DNA of 64,000 nt from Escherichia coli (GCF_003991155.1 NZ_CP031293.1), one strand, 5' to 3'. Shown: positions 9,703-21,367, counted from the stretch's first letter. The notes: generated by a model from the sequence alone, not told the origin. Numbers and translations are program-made.

Positions 9703-10828
9703 ATTGCTTAACCAGCAGTGTCAGCACTTCGTAATGCGCAGTGTGCGGGAACATATCAAATAGCTGTACCCGTTCAATACGGTAACCTGGCAGTTCGCGG
9801 ATATCTTTCGCCATGGTTTGGGCGTTACAGCTGGAGTAGATGATAAAACGCGGTGCCATCGTTGAGAGATAATCACACAGCGGTATACCAATGCCGCGGC
9901 GCGGCGGGTTAACCAGCACCAGCTCCGGCACTTCCCCCTGGGCGGTGGCAAACTGCGTGGAGTCCAGCGCCTGAAATTGCAAACGCGTTAAGCCCAGTTC
10001 AGCGGCTGACTGCTTCGCACAGGCAATGGCCTCTGGTGCAATTTCGATCCCGGTTAACTGAATGTCAGGCGTCGCGCAGTGTAAACCAAAGCCCCCCACA
10101 CCGCAGAACAGATCCCACATATGTTTAACCGGCAGCTGTCGTACCCAGTCGCGCGCAGTGGCGTACAGCTGGCTGGCGACCGCCGGATTAGTCTGGAAGA
10201 AACTTTGCGGACGGATCCACAGCGGTACGTCATTAAAACGCTCTGCCAGTGCCTGTTGTTCGGTCAGGTAGATCTCCGTCTCCCCTTCCATAATCGCCAT
10301 ATGTACCGGCTGAATATTGACGGTAATAACTTTCAGCTGCGGTAGTTGTTCCTGTAACCACGGCAGCGCCTTACGCAGTTGCGCCAGCTTGGTATCAGAA
10401 CGCAGTACAAAGCGCAGCATCATGCCGCCATCGCTCTGGCTTTCGGTCAGCAGAATGTATTTCAGTTCGCCACGTTTGCGCGCCACGTTGTAAGGCGTAA
10501 GCCCGGCGCGAGCAATAAATGGTTTCAGTGCCGCAAAAACGGGCGCAAATGAGGCAGGATAAAGCGGGCAGTCACAAAGGTCTTCCGGTGTACCATCTCG
10601 ATGCAGCATACCGAGCAGTGGTTTTTCAACGCTACCACTCACCACCATTTTGGCTTTATTACGAAACCCTTGTTCCGGGCCTGACACCGGCGCACACCAT
10701 TCCTCAACCGGAAAATCGGCGAGCAGATTTTTAAGATCGCCGGTTTTAGCGGAGAGTTGCTCTGGAATCGGCTGCGTTATCCACTGACAGGAACGACAGC
10801 GACCCGCGTCGTAAAGTGCGCACTGCAT
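9701..10828 (-). CDS. rlmC: 23S rRNA (uracil747-C5)-methyltransferase RlmC
   Basis: 375 aa; N-terminal Cys cluster [14 protein letters not shown]; recognised RumB/YbjF sequence. Confidence 0.9.
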
Positions 10829-10868
10829 ACATTGACCTTCACATCATCAGGGGCGACGATTATACACA

Positions 10869-11357
10869 TTATTGCAACTGGAAGAACCGCCGACTGGTCG
10901 AGGGAACGAACAGCAGCATCAGGATGAGCATATCCGGCAGCTTCTGCAGCATCAGGCTATGGAAGATTTCACGTTTTGATTCACCGGGAATGCTGAACAG
11001 CTCCGGATAACCATACCCCAGCGAAGCCGCCCACAAGTAACTTGCGGCCGTGATTTGAGTCAACAGATACAGCCAGCGCGCCCAGCGACGCCCTTTCACC
11101 AGTGAAAACGCACACCAGATCTCAATAAAAACCAGCACCAGACTGCTTAAAAAGACCAGCGTTAAACTCCAGGTTTGTACGCTGCGATGAATAAACTCGC
11201 CAATACCGCGCACGCCCAGCGTATTGAAAATCATCAGCACGTCGAGGCCACGGATCATAATAATGGCGAGCGCCGCTACCTGCACCAGCGCAGGCACATT
11301 CAGGCGAGCATGAGATGAAGATGTTTTCTTAAAAAATCCCAACGTTTCGTCTTCCAT
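10869..11357 (-). CDS. ybjO: Inner membrane protein YbjO
   Basis: 162 aa hydrophobic protein at the K-12 position. Confidence 0.85.
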   Translation of the reverse strand: MEDETLGFFKKTSSSHARLNVPALVQVAALAIIMIRGLDVLMIFNTLGVRGIGEFIHRSVQTWSLTLVFLSSLVLVFIEIWCAFSLVKGRRWARWLYLLTQITAASYLWAASLGYGYPELFSIPGESKREIFHSLMLQKLPDMLILMLLFVPSTSRRFFQLQ

Positions 11358-11416
11358 GAAAACAATGCCGCGACATGCGCGGCATTATGTAGCCAGGTTG
11401 GCAAATTTTAGTGTCT

Positions 11417-12262
11417 TCAGCCACGTCTTGCACGCTGGATATCGCGTATCCGCTGTTTTTCTGCGCGCGCCATCAGATACCAGGCGATAAATCCGACAAT
11501 TCCGACCGCGCCGAGGATTAATGTTGCCAGGGCGTTGATTTCCGGATTCACCCCCATCCGCACGCTGGAAAAGACCAGCATCGGTAACGTGGTGGCTCCC
11601 GGCCCTGAAACAAAGCTGGCGATCACCAGATCATCAAGCGACAAAGTAAAAGCCAGTAACCAGCCAGAAATGATCGCGGGCATGATCATCGGTAGCGTAA
11701 TGACGAAAAACACTTTCAGCGGCGTCGCACCAAGATCCATCGCGGCTTCTTCAATGGAACGGTCCAGCTCCCGCAATCTTGAAGAAATAACGACCGCCAC
11801 ATAAGCCATACAAAAAGTGACATGCGCCAGCCAGATGGTGAGCATACCGCGGTCCGCAGGCCAGCCAATGGCATGAGCAAGCGCGACGAATAATAACAAC
11901 AGCGACAAGCCCGTGATGACATCTGGCATTACCAGCGGCGCGGTGATCATAAAGGCAAAGCCATTTGATCCGCGAAACCTGCCAAAGCGCACCAGCACCA
12001 CCGCCGCAATCGTCCCGAGGATCGCCGCCGCCGTCGCCGCACAGGCCGCAATTGTCAGGCTTAAACCAACCGCACTCATCATCGCGTCATCGCGCAATAA
12101 TTCGCCATACCAGCGCGTTGACCAGCCGGCCCACACCGTCACCAGCTTCGAGCTGTTGAATGAATAGATCACCAGCATCAGCATTGGCGCGTAGAGAAAG
12201 GTGAAGCCCAGCAGCAAAATCACAATCCGCCAGGGCGAACGAACTACCGGTAAATTATTCAT
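11417..12262 (-). CDS. potI: Putrescine ABC transporter permease PotI
   Basis: 281 aa from MNNLPVV; start overlaps potH stop; track ORF over-extended. Confidence 0.9.
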   Translation of the reverse strand: MNNLPVVRSPWRIVILLLGFTFLYAPMLMLVIYSFNSSKLVTVWAGWSTRWYGELLRDDAMMSAVGLSLTIAACAATAAAILGTIAAVVLVRFGRFRGSNGFAFMITAPLVMPDVITGLSLLLLFVALAHAIGWPADRGMLTIWLAHVTFCMAYVAVVISSRLRELDRSIEEAAMDLGATPLKVFFVITLPMIMPAIISGWLLAFTLSLDDLVIASFVSGPGATTLPMLVFSSVRMGVNPEINALATLILGAVGIVGFIAWYLMARAEKQRIRDIQRARRG

Positions 12263-13212
12263 CCGTGTTCTCCCACGCTTTTTTGCTGATGCTTGTGGAA
12301 CCACATTATCGGCACAATTAGCAGCAGCAACATGATGATCGCTACCGCTGAGGCCACCGGCCAGTCGCGGTTGTTAAAGAACTCCTGCCACAGCACGCGC
12401 CCGATCATGATGCTGTCCGGGCCACCGAGCAGTTCAGGGATCACAAACTCGCCCACAGCCGGGATAAACACCAGCATCGATCCGGCAATAATCCCGCCTT
12501 TGGTCAGCGGCACGATCACAGTAAAGAACGTTTTCAGCGGTCGTGCACCGAGATCCAGTGCTGCTTCCACCAGCGAATAATCAATTCGAATCAACGCGGT
12601 ATAAATCGGCAGTACCATAAACGGCACGTAAGCGTAAACAATGCCAATATAAACTGCCAGATTGGTATGTAGAATGGTCAGCGGTTGATCGATAACCCCC
12701 AGCCACAGCAGAAAATTATTCAGCACACCGTTGTTTTTTAATATTCCCATCCAGGCGTAGACACGAATCAGAAACGAGGTCCACGACGGCAGGATCACCA
12801 GTAGTAATAAGATATTACGGGTCGAAGGCTTACTGTGCGCCACCGCCCACGCCAGCGGATAGCCGATCAGTAAACAGCAAATAGTCGAAATCGCCGCCAC
12901 CTGTAACGACTGGAGATAAGCATCGAAATAGAGCGGATCGTCAGTCAGTTGCAGAAAATTACCGAGATTAAGAGTGATGGAAAGTTGCCCGTCAGCCCAC
13001 TTCATCAGTTCGGTATAAGGTGGAATAGCGCGCGCCATCTCCGCCAGGCTTATTTTAAAGACAATCAGAAATGGCAGCAGAAACAGCAGGATTAGCCAGA
13101 TATACGGCAGCGCAATCACCAGTTTGCGCCCATGCTTCATTTGCAGCTGCGACAACCACAGCTTAAATCCGCCCGGCGGTTTCGACTGGGCAGCAGGTTC
13201 AAGTGTACTCAT
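12259..13212 (-). CDS. potH: Putrescine ABC transporter permease PotH
   Basis: 317 aa permease, operon position. Confidence 0.9.
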   Translation of the reverse strand: MSTLEPAAQSKPPGGFKLWLSQLQMKHGRKLVIALPYIWLILLFLLPFLIVFKISLAEMARAIPPYTELMKWADGQLSITLNLGNFLQLTDDPLYFDAYLQSLQVAAISTICCLLIGYPLAWAVAHSKPSTRNILLLLVILPSWTSFLIRVYAWMGILKNNGVLNNFLLWLGVIDQPLTILHTNLAVYIGIVYAYVPFMVLPIYTALIRIDYSLVEAALDLGARPLKTFFTVIVPLTKGGIIAGSMLVFIPAVGEFVIPELLGGPDSIMIGRVLWQEFFNNRDWPVASAVAIIMLLLLIVPIMWFHKHQQKSVGEHG

Positions 13213-13221
13213 TCTTGCTCC

Positions 13222-14355
13222 TTAAACCGTCAGCACCACACAGCTGTCCACTTCCCAGCACAAACGCACTTCATCGCCCCAGGTCGGTAACCCTTTACGA
13301 TGACGATGGGCGTTTTGCAGCTGGGCGCTGATCATCTGCCCACTTTTCAGACGAACGTGATACACCGAAAGATCGCCGAGATAGGCAATGTGTATCACCT
13401 CCCCCACCGCGAAGTTACAACCATTGGCGGGCGGTTCCTCGCAAAGCATGATTTTTTCCGGGCGAAGCGCCACATGCACCGGCACGTTATCGACCACTGA
13501 AGCATCCGCATCGACTTTCAGTGGGTGCACCAGTCCCGGCGAATAAAGCACCAGACCATCTTCCTGACGCTCTTTGAGTACACCTTCAAAGACATTAACC
13601 GAACCGATAAATTCAGCGCTATAGCGGGTGGTCGGATGCTCATAGATCTCTTCCGGTTCGCCAATCTGGACAAATTTCCCACGATTCATAATGGCGATAC
13701 GCCCCGCCATGGTCATCGCCTCTTCCTGATCGTGAGTAACCATCACGCAGGTCACACCGACGCGCTCCAGAATATCCACCACTTCAAGCTGCATCCGGTC
13801 ACGCAGCTTTTTATCCAGCGCGCCCATCGGCTCATCGAGCAGTAATAGTTTCGGGCGCTTGGCAAGGCTTCGGGCCAGGGCCACACGCTGTCGCTGACCA
13901 CCGGAAAGCTGATGCGGTTTGCGTTTGGCGAACTCCTGCATATGCACCAGCCCGAGCATCTCATTGACCCGGCTGGCAATTTCCGCTTTCGGTAGTTTGT
14001 CCTGTTTCAGGCCAAAAGCGATGTTCTGTTCCACGGTCATATGCGGAAACAGCGCGTAAGACTGAAACATCATATTGATGGGGCGCAGGTAAGGCGGCAC
14101 CTGTGACAAATCGACGCCATCGAGCATAATCTGCCCGGCAGAAGGTTGTTCGAAACCTGCCAGCATACGCAGCAGCGTGGACTTGCCACAGCCGGATGCG
14201 CCCAGCAGCGCGAAGATTTCGCCTTTATAGATGGTCAGGCTGACATCATCGACCGCATGCTGACCATCGTAAGATTTAGTCAGATTACGGATTTCTAATA
14301 GCGGCGTCAGCGCCTTACGGGTTTTCGCCTGCGGGCGAGGGATAGCGTCATTCAC
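13222..14355 (-). CDS. potG: Putrescine ABC transporter ATP-binding protein PotG
   Basis: Walker A GASGCGKST, LSGGQRQR; K-12-like N-terminus (V/M)NDAIPRPQ begins at a GTG codon (14353-14355); track ORF extends further upstream. Confidence 0.85.
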   Translation of the reverse strand: MNDAIPRPQAKTRKALTPLLEIRNLTKSYDGQHAVDDVSLTIYKGEIFALLGASGCGKSTLLRMLAGFEQPSAGQIMLDGVDLSQVPPYLRPINMMFQSYALFPHMTVEQNIAFGLKQDKLPKAEIASRVNEMLGLVHMQEFAKRKPHQLSGGQRQRVALARSLAKRPKLLLLDEPMGALDKKLRDRMQLEVVDILERVGVTCVMVTHDQEEAMTMAGRIAIMNRGKFVQIGEPEEIYEHPTTRYSAEFIGSVNVFEGVLKERQEDGLVLYSPGLVHPLKVDADASVVDNVPVHVALRPEKIMLCEEPPANGCNFAVGEVIHIAYLGDLSVYHVRLKSGQMISAQLQNAHRHRKGLPTWGDEVRLCWEVDSCVVLTV

Positions 14356-14449
14356 GGCTGCTCTCCGGCATTGAATGTGTGCAAGCGCACCATAATGGTG
14401 CGAATTGCCGGCGGGTGTGTTGCGCCCGTCCGGCATCTACGACTGCGGA

Positions 14450-15562
14450 TTATTTTCCGCTCTTCACTTTGGTCCACGCGCGGGTGCGCACACGGTCTAT
14501 TTTTGGATCCTGCACTTTCAGAGTGAACAACTTCGCACGAACGTCCGCCGGAGGATAAATCCCTGGATTATCACGCACTTCCGCGCTTACCAGCGGCGTA
14601 GCTTCTTTGTTCGCGTTGGCATAGAACACATGGTCGGAAATATGCGCCACCACATCCGGGCGCAGCAGGTAATTCAGGAACTGATAGGCTTCGTCTTTAT
14701 TTTTGGCATCCGCAGGCATGGCGAAGACATCAAAGAACGCCATCGCCCCTTCTTTCGGAATCGAGAACGAGACATTAACGCCATTCTTCGCTTCCTTCGC
14801 GCGGTTTGACGCCTGCCAGACATCGCCCGCCCAGCCAATAGCGACGCAGATATCGCCGTTTGCCAGGTCGTTAATGTATTGAGATGAATGGAAATAACGA
14901 ATGTTCGGACGCAGCTTTAACAGCAGATCGGTTGCCGGTCCGGTGTAATCATCTGCTTTAGTGCTGTTGGGATCTTTACCGAGATAATTCAGCACGGTAG
15001 CAAACACTTCTTCCGGTGCATCAAGGAAAGAGACGCCGCAGCTTTTCAGTTTTTCCAGATTTTCAGGCTTGAGGATCAAGTCCCAGCTATCGACGGGCGC
15101 GTTTTCGCCCAGCACCGCTTTAACTTTATCAACGTTATAGCCAATCCCGGTCGTCGCCCACATATAGGGCATAGCAAATTTATTGTCGGGATCGTGTTTG
15201 GCAACCAACTTCAGCAGCTCCGGATCGAGATTCTTCCACTCCGGCAATTTGCTTTTGTCCAGCGGCTGGAAAACTCCCGCAGTCAACTGGCGTTCAAGAA
15301 AGCTTGCTGACGGCACCACCAGGTCAAAGCCGGTGCTACCCGCCATTAATTTGCCTTCCAGTACTTCGTTAGAGTCGAAAACATCGTAGACGACTTTAAT
15401 ACCGGTTTCTTTTTCAAAATTGGCCACCGTGTCCGGGGCGATATAATCAGACCAGTTATAAATGTGGAGTATTTTTTGTTCAGCCGCGAGCGTGCTGACA
15501 GAGACGGCCATCAGAGCACCCGCAACCAGACCCGATAGCCATTTTTTATTTAAGGCGGTCAT
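14450..15562 (-). CDS. potF: Putrescine-binding periplasmic protein PotF
   Basis: 370 aa from MTALNKKWLSGLVAGALMA (signal peptide); track ORF over-extended. Confidence 0.9.
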   Translation of the reverse strand: MTALNKKWLSGLVAGALMAVSVSTLAAEQKILHIYNWSDYIAPDTVANFEKETGIKVVYDVFDSNEVLEGKLMAGSTGFDLVVPSASFLERQLTAGVFQPLDKSKLPEWKNLDPELLKLVAKHDPDNKFAMPYMWATTGIGYNVDKVKAVLGENAPVDSWDLILKPENLEKLKSCGVSFLDAPEEVFATVLNYLGKDPNSTKADDYTGPATDLLLKLRPNIRYFHSSQYINDLANGDICVAIGWAGDVWQASNRAKEAKNGVNVSFSIPKEGAMAFFDVFAMPADAKNKDEAYQFLNYLLRPDVVAHISDHVFYANANKEATPLVSAEVRDNPGIYPPADVRAKLFTLKVQDPKIDRVRTRAWTKVKSGK

Positions 15563-15912
15563 ATCTCTTTCCTTCTGAAAGTTCGTTAACAAACGAACAA
15601 AAGTTGTCACACTGAAAGATATGCAATAAACGTGCATATTTTTTATCGGCGCGGTGTAAGAAAAGAGAACTCTCTCCCGGCCAGCACTGCTCGCTATATA
15701 AAAGCATCGCAAGAATAACTTTAGCCAGGGTTTGAGACTATAGCTCGGATTAAAAAACGGTATTTAACAAATTTTTATGCGTATTTGCTCTATGTGATAA
15801 AGCCAAATCGACACAAGAGAAGTGAAACAATCTTTAAGAAAAGGTTAAAAACAGCAGATAATTTTGCAGCGCGCAGTCACTGCACCAGCGACTGCGTGCT
15901 CGAAAGGAGTTA

Positions 15913-16389
15913 TCAGTGGAGGAAATAGTTTTCAGTAACGTTGTTTTGCCCTTCATCGTCAGTCGGTAACAGCAGTTGATGGGCATTAGCTTCAAGAATG
16001 ACCATCGAAATCTGCTCTTCGCTCTGACGCACGAACCATGCAAACTGCTCATAGGTTACGCCCTGCATAACGGATAAAGACTGGCAAACCACCAGCTTTG
16101 GCAGATTATCATCCTGCATATCAAGAAATGCTTTCACGGTCAGCGAACTGGCATTGATGGCAGATAAATCCGCCGCCAGCGGCAATACGGCTGAAGGTCG
16201 GACTTCCGCCATGGCAGAAAACAGGATCGTGTTATCGATCAGATCGATTTTGGCATCAAAGACACCGTCGAAATTCTGCATATGGGGCAGATGCAGAGCC
16301 TGACAGTTATCACATTCAAAAAAACTCATCCCCAGGTCATCGAGCCATTGACGCAGCGTATCCAGACCAGGAACGACCAGCGATGTCAT
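15913..16389 (-). CDS. ybjN: Putative sensory transduction regulator YbjN
   Basis: 158 aa from MTSLVVPGLDTLRQW; recognised sequence. Confidence 0.85.
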   Translation of the reverse strand: MTSLVVPGLDTLRQWLDDLGMSFFECDNCQALHLPHMQNFDGVFDAKIDLIDNTILFSAMAEVRPSAVLPLAADLSAINASSLTVKAFLDMQDDNLPKLVVCQSLSVMQGVTYEQFAWFVRQSEEQISMVILEANAHQLLLPTDDEGQNNVTENYFLH

Positions 16390-16476
16390 AATTTTGTACA
16401 ACCTCTTTCGATAAAAAGACCGGCACAGCTTACGCAAAAAGCGCAGGCAAAACCATGATCAGTAATGTGATTGCGA

Positions 16477-17379
16477 CTAACCACCCGTTTTCAGGCAATA
16501 TTCCGTCGTAGCGTGGCGTTCGATCCAGCGGATCATTTTACCCGCGATGTCGATACCGGTGGTTTTTTCTATTCCTTCCAGCCCTGGCGACGCATTCACT
16601 TCCATCACCAACGGCCCGCGATTAGCACGCAGAATATCCACACCAGCAACGTCCAGCGCCATCGTTCGCGCGGCTTTTATCGCGATTTCACGCTCCTGTG
16701 GTGTGATACTGGCGACGCTTGCCGCGCCGCCACGATGCAAATTGGAACGAAAATCGCCCTCTTTCGCCCGCCGTTCAATCGCAGCGACCACTTCATCGCC
16801 AACAACCAGACAGCGGATATCGCACCCTTGCGCCTCTTTGATATATTCCTGCACCAGAATATGCGCGTTCAGACCGCGGAAAGCGTCAATCACGCTTTCC
16901 GCCGCCTGACGCGTCTCCGCCAGCACGACGCCAATTCCCTGCGTGCCTTCAACCAACTTGACCACCAGCGGCGCACCACCGACCATGTCGATTAAATCGC
17001 TGGTATCATCCGGCGAATGCGCAATGCCCGTGACAGGCAGGTCGATGCCCTGACGCGCCAGCAGTTGCATCGAACGCAATTTGTCACGCGCCCGGGCAAT
17101 GGCGACCGACTCATTGAGCGGATAGCTCCCCAGCATCTCGAACTGGCGCAGTGCCGCCGTCCCATAAAAGGTAATGGCGGTACCAATACGCGGGATCACA
17201 GCATCAAAATGGGGTAACTTGCGGCCTTTGTAGTGAATAGAAGACGCCGCAGGATTTATGTTCATGTAGCAAGAAAGCGGATCAAGAATTTCAACCAGGT
17301 GACCGCGCTGTATAGCGGCTTCACGCAGCCGCTTACACGAATAGAGCGTTCCATCCCGGGACAATATGGCAATTTTCAC
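16477..17379 (-). CDS. rimK: Ribosomal protein S6 glutamate ligase RimK (ATP-grasp)
   Basis: 300 aa, recognised sequence. Confidence 0.9.
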   Translation of the reverse strand: MKIAILSRDGTLYSCKRLREAAIQRGHLVEILDPLSCYMNINPAASSIHYKGRKLPHFDAVIPRIGTAITFYGTAALRQFEMLGSYPLNESVAIARARDKLRSMQLLARQGIDLPVTGIAHSPDDTSDLIDMVGGAPLVVKLVEGTQGIGVVLAETRQAAESVIDAFRGLNAHILVQEYIKEAQGCDIRCLVVGDEVVAAIERRAKEGDFRSNLHRGGAASVASITPQEREIAIKAARTMALDVAGVDILRANRGPLVMEVNASPGLEGIEKTTGIDIAGKMIRWIERHATTEYCLKTGG

Positions 17380-17439
17380 CCTGCACCTCTCTTTCAGACC
17401 TGGTCAAAAGCCCGCGTATCATACATCGACGTGGCGGTT

Positions 17440-18162
17440 TTAGCGCGTCGCCCAACCCTGTTTGTGCAAATAATCCAGAATAAATGGGCGGCTTTCTTTA
17501 ATGATTGTTCGGCGGATATGATCGCTCCAGGTATCCCGGCGATTATTGCTGCCACGGGTGAGGTAATATTCCGCCAGTTGTTCGTCATACTGCGCCAGTG
17601 CGTCTTTATCCAGCGGTTGATAGCTGTTTTCATGCACCAAAATGGAGGCCGGTAAACGCGGCTTAAGATCCGGATTATCCGCAGGCCAGCCAAGGCACAG
17701 CCCAAACAACGGCAGAACATGCCGCGGTAATTTCAGCAGCTCCGTCACCGCTTCAATATTATTGCGCAGGCCGCCGATATATACCCCGCCCAATCCCAGC
17801 GATTCCGCTGCGGTTAATGCATTCTGCGCCATCATTGCCGTATCAACGACACCGAGCAACAGTTGTTCCGCCAGGCCGAGCTGAGCATCCGGACAGATCT
17901 GTAAATGGCGGTTAAAGTCGGCACAGAACACCCAGAACTCCGCCGCTTGCGCTACGTGTTTTTGCCCGCCGGTAAGCGTCACCAGTTCATCACGTAACGC
18001 TTTGTCGGAAATGCGAATAATGCTACTGCACTGCAAAAAACTGGAACTGGACGTCGCACGGGCGCTGTTAATAATCGCCTCACGCTGCGCTTCGGAAATG
18101 GGTTCATCAGTGAAATGGCGAATGGAGCGATGGCCACAAATAAGTTCAATGGTTGGCGTCAT
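17440..18162 (-). CDS. nfsA: Oxygen-insensitive NADPH nitroreductase NfsA
   Basis: 240 aa, recognised sequence; overlaps ybjC 3' end. Confidence 0.9.
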   Translation of the reverse strand: MTPTIELICGHRSIRHFTDEPISEAQREAIINSARATSSSSFLQCSSIIRISDKALRDELVTLTGGQKHVAQAAEFWVFCADFNRHLQICPDAQLGLAEQLLLGVVDTAMMAQNALTAAESLGLGGVYIGGLRNNIEAVTELLKLPRHVLPLFGLCLGWPADNPDLKPRLPASILVHENSYQPLDKDALAQYDEQLAEYYLTRGSNNRRDTWSDHIRRTIIKESRPFILDYLHKQGWATR

Positions 18163-18433
18163 TATCTTTTTCTCTTTCTGAACGTGAATATTGCGGTGGA
18201 CGGTTCATCAGCTGTGGGGCAAGACGTTTTGCCACCTGAAGAATAACCACCACCGCAGCGGGAAGCATGAGCAAAACACCGAGAAAAATCATCAGAATCT
18301 GCACTTCTGGCCGAGAAAATGGCTCAGGTAGCGACAGGGAGTCGCTTACCGACAGCAGCGCCACCGCCAGCAACATCATTCCGATAAATTCCAGTATCAA
18401 CACGCTTTTAGGCAATTTACCGATCGCGCGCAT
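18146..18433 (-). CDS. ybjC: Small membrane protein YbjC
   Basis: 95 aa, two hydrophobic helices; first gene of the ybjC-nfsA-rimK-ybjN unit. Confidence 0.8.
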   Translation of the reverse strand: MRAIGKLPKSVLILEFIGMMLLAVALLSVSDSLSLPEPFSRPEVQILMIFLGVLLMLPAAVVVILQVAKRLAPQLMNRPPQYSRSEREKDNDANH

Positions 18434-18592
18434 ACGCTTCCCTCTGCAAAGTGAGCCTTCAGTCTAAAACTTTTCACTGTATTGTGTTTAACAGTTATAG
18501 CTTTTAGCAATTAATGCAACAGGTTAAACCTACTTTCAGCGAATACATTTTAGCGTGATCATTACAGGCATAAATCTATGAGGAGAGAAATA

Positions 18593-18850
18593 ATGCAAAC
18601 CGTTATTTTTGGTCGTCCGGGTTGCCCTTACTGTGTGCGTGCAAAAGATCTGGCTGAGAAATTGAGCAATGAACGCGATGATTTTCAGTATCAGTATGTA
18701 GATATTCGTGCGGAAGGGATCACTAAAGAAGATCTACAACAAAAGGCAGGTAAACCCGTAGAAACCGTGCCGCAGATTTTTGTCGATCAGCAACATATCG
18801 GCGGCTATACCGATTTTGCTGCATGGGTGAAAGAGAATCTGGACGCCTGA
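18593..18850 (+). CDS. grxA: Glutaredoxin 1
   Basis: 85 aa from MQTVIFGR; active site CPYC. Confidence 0.9.
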   Translation: MQTVIFGRPGCPYCVRAKDLAEKLSNERDDFQYQYVDIRAEGITKEDLQQKAGKPVETVPQIFVDQQHIGGYTDFAAWVKENLDA

Positions 18851-18859
18851 TCGTCTGAC

Positions 18860-18892
18860 AAGCCCTCGCGTTGAGGGCTTTATTGATTTTTT
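18860..18892. terminator. Rho-independent terminator between convergent grxA and ybjM
   Basis: agccctc gcgttg gagggct hairpin followed by a T-rich run; overlaps the 3' end of ybjM. Confidence 0.6.
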
Positions 18893-19257
18893 CTGTGCTG
18901 TGGTTTAAACAAACTACTGATAAATAAGAAACACAGTGCCCCCAGCGCACACCAGAACACCGCACTTAATAACCATGCCAGCTCTTGCCAGAATGAGCGC
19001 GTCGGTGAAAAAAACAGCCGCATAATAAGCATTGAACAGGGTGCCGCCAGCATTGCGCCAAACAGAGGTTTCAGGACTTCTCTACGCTGTGAAAAGAAGC
19101 TGGCAACTGCTCCAGGAAGAATGAAAAACAGCAAGCCGATTTCAGGATGCCCGGCAGCCCGAAAAGCGCCTTTCATGTGCGTCGCCAGAAAAAGGCACAC
19201 CACAATGAAGAGGACAAAACAGCAGATTGCCCCCGCCCAACGTTGTTTATGTTTCAC
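18880..19257 (-). CDS. ybjM: Inner membrane protein YbjM
   Basis: 125 aa hydrophobic protein, K-12 position. Confidence 0.85.
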   Translation of the reverse strand: MKHKQRWAGAICCFVLFIVVCLFLATHMKGAFRAAGHPEIGLLFFILPGAVASFFSQRREVLKPLFGAMLAAPCSMLIMRLFFSPTRSFWQELAWLLSAVFWCALGALCFLFISSLFKPQHRKNQ

Positions 19258-19526
19258 TCGTTCCTCCTGACACTGCGTCTATCGAACACATTTTTCGCCA
19301 GTGTGGCGTTCAGTAAGATAAAGCCGCTTCGCATTCCATGCTAATATAGGCCAACGCAATTCATATAGCCGTTGATACCTAATGTGATTACACTAGTAAA
19401 ATATATTGTTACTTTACTATCGTTTAGGTGCGCTGAATGAATCTGCGCCCTGAATTCTGGTAAAAAACATTATCGTAAATTACCATTTCTTTCAACAGCT
19501 TACTAGTAAACAAGAAGTTAGCCTCC

Positions 19527-21212
19527 GTGAATATAAACGTCGCCGAATTGTTAAATGGGAATTACATTCTGTTATTATTTGTGGTCCTCGCGCTTGGGCT
19601 ATGTCTCGGGAAATTACGACTTGGTTCGATCCAACTGGGTAATTCCATTGGCGTTTTAGTCGTATCGCTGTTATTAGGCCAACAACATTTCAGCATTAAC
19701 ACCGACGCGCTTAATCTTGGCTTTATGCTGTTTATTTTCTGCGTCGGGGTCGAAGCCGGACCGAACTTTTTTTCCATTTTTTTTCGCGATGGGAAAAATT
19801 ACCTAATGTTAGCACTGGTGATGGTTGGCAGTGCGCTGGTCATCGCCTTAGGGTTAGGTAAGCTGTTTGGCTGGGATATTGGCCTGACGGCCGGTATGTT
19901 AGCAGGCTCTATGACGTCAACACCGGTTTTGGTCGGTGCTGGCGATACACTGCGTCATTCCGGCATGGAAAGCAGGCAGCTCTCACTGGCACTGGATAAT
20001 CTGAGCCTCGGGTATGCCTTAACCTATTTAATCGGTCTGGTGAGTTTGATTGTTGGTGCGCGTTACTTGCCGAAATTGCAGCATCAGGACTTACAGACCA
20101 GCGCCCAGCAAATCGCCCGCGAACGTGGCCTGGACACAGATGCCAACCGTAAGGTTTATTTGCCGGTGATCCGCGCCTACCGCGTCGGCCCGGAGCTGGT
20201 GGCCTGGACCGACGGCAAAAATCTGCGTGAACTGGGTATTTATCGACAAACTGGCTGTTACATTGAACGTATTCGGCGTAACGGGATTCTGGCAAATCCA
20301 GACGGTGATGCCGTACTACAAATGGGCGATGAAATAGCGTTGGTAGGCTATCCCGACGCCCACGCCCGACTCGATCCCAGTTTCCGTAATGGCAAAGAAG
20401 TTTTCGATCGTGACCTTCTCGACATGCGTATCGTCACTGAAGAAGTGGTCGTTAAAAACCATAACGCTGTAGGCAAACGTCTCGCACAACTGAAGTTGAC
20501 CGATCACGGTTGCTTCCTTAACCGCGTCATTCGTAGCCAGATTGAGATGCCGATTGATGACAACGTTGTGCTTAACAAAGGTGACGTTTTACAAGTCAGC
20601 GGCGATGCCCGCCGCGTAAAAACCATCGCCGATCGCATCGGCTTTATCTCGATTCACAGCCAGGTCACTGACTTGCTGGCATTCTGCGCCTTCTTTGTGA
20701 TTGGGCTAATGATCGGGATGATCACCTTCCAGTTCAGCACATTCAGTTTCGGCATGGGGAACGCTGCCGGGTTGTTATTCGCCGGAATTATGCTGGGCTT
20801 TATGCGTGCTAACCACCCGACCTTCGGTTACATTCCGCAAGGTGCATTAAGCATGGTGAAAGAGTTCGGCTTGATGGTGTTTATGGCAGGCGTTGGTCTG
20901 AGCGCCGGTAGCGGTATTAATAACGGCCTGGGCGCGATTGGCGGTCAAATGTTGATTGCCGGATTGATTGTCAGTCTGGTGCCAGTGGTTATCTGCTTCT
21001 TGTTCGGTGCTTATGTATTGCGAATGAACCGCGCACTGTTGTTCGGCGCAATGATGGGCGCACGCACCTGCGCGCCGGCAATGGAGATCATCAGTGATAC
21101 AGCTCGCAGTAATATCCCGGCGCTGGGCTATGCGGGCACTTACGCAATCGCCAACGTCCTGCTGACGCTAGCAGGGACAATCATCGTCATGGTATGGCCA
21201 GGATTAGGATAA
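19527..21212 (+). CDS. ybjL: Putative transport protein YbjL (AAE family, TrkA-C domains)
   Basis: 561 aa, recognised sequence. Confidence 0.9.
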
Positions 21213-21324
21213 AACTGAAGTTGCCCTGAAAATGAAATTTTTTTGCACAACCGCAGAACTTTTCCGCAGGGCATCAGTCTTAATTAGTGCCACTGCTTTT
21301 CTTTGATGTCCCCATTTTGTGGAG

Positions 21325-21367
21325 CCCATCAACCCCGCCATTTCGGTTCAAGGTTGGTGGGTTTTTT
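21325..21367. terminator. Terminator-like hairpin between convergent ybjL and rcdA
   Basis: cccatcaacc ... ggttggtggg stem (one G-U pair) followed by ttttttgtt. Confidence 0.5.

Noticed and set aside
15881-15900. NtrC-like half-site TGCACCA...TGCGTGC far upstream of potF
   Set aside because: Poor match to the palindromic NtrC consensus and about 320 bp from the potF start, inside the ybjN 3' region; not called.
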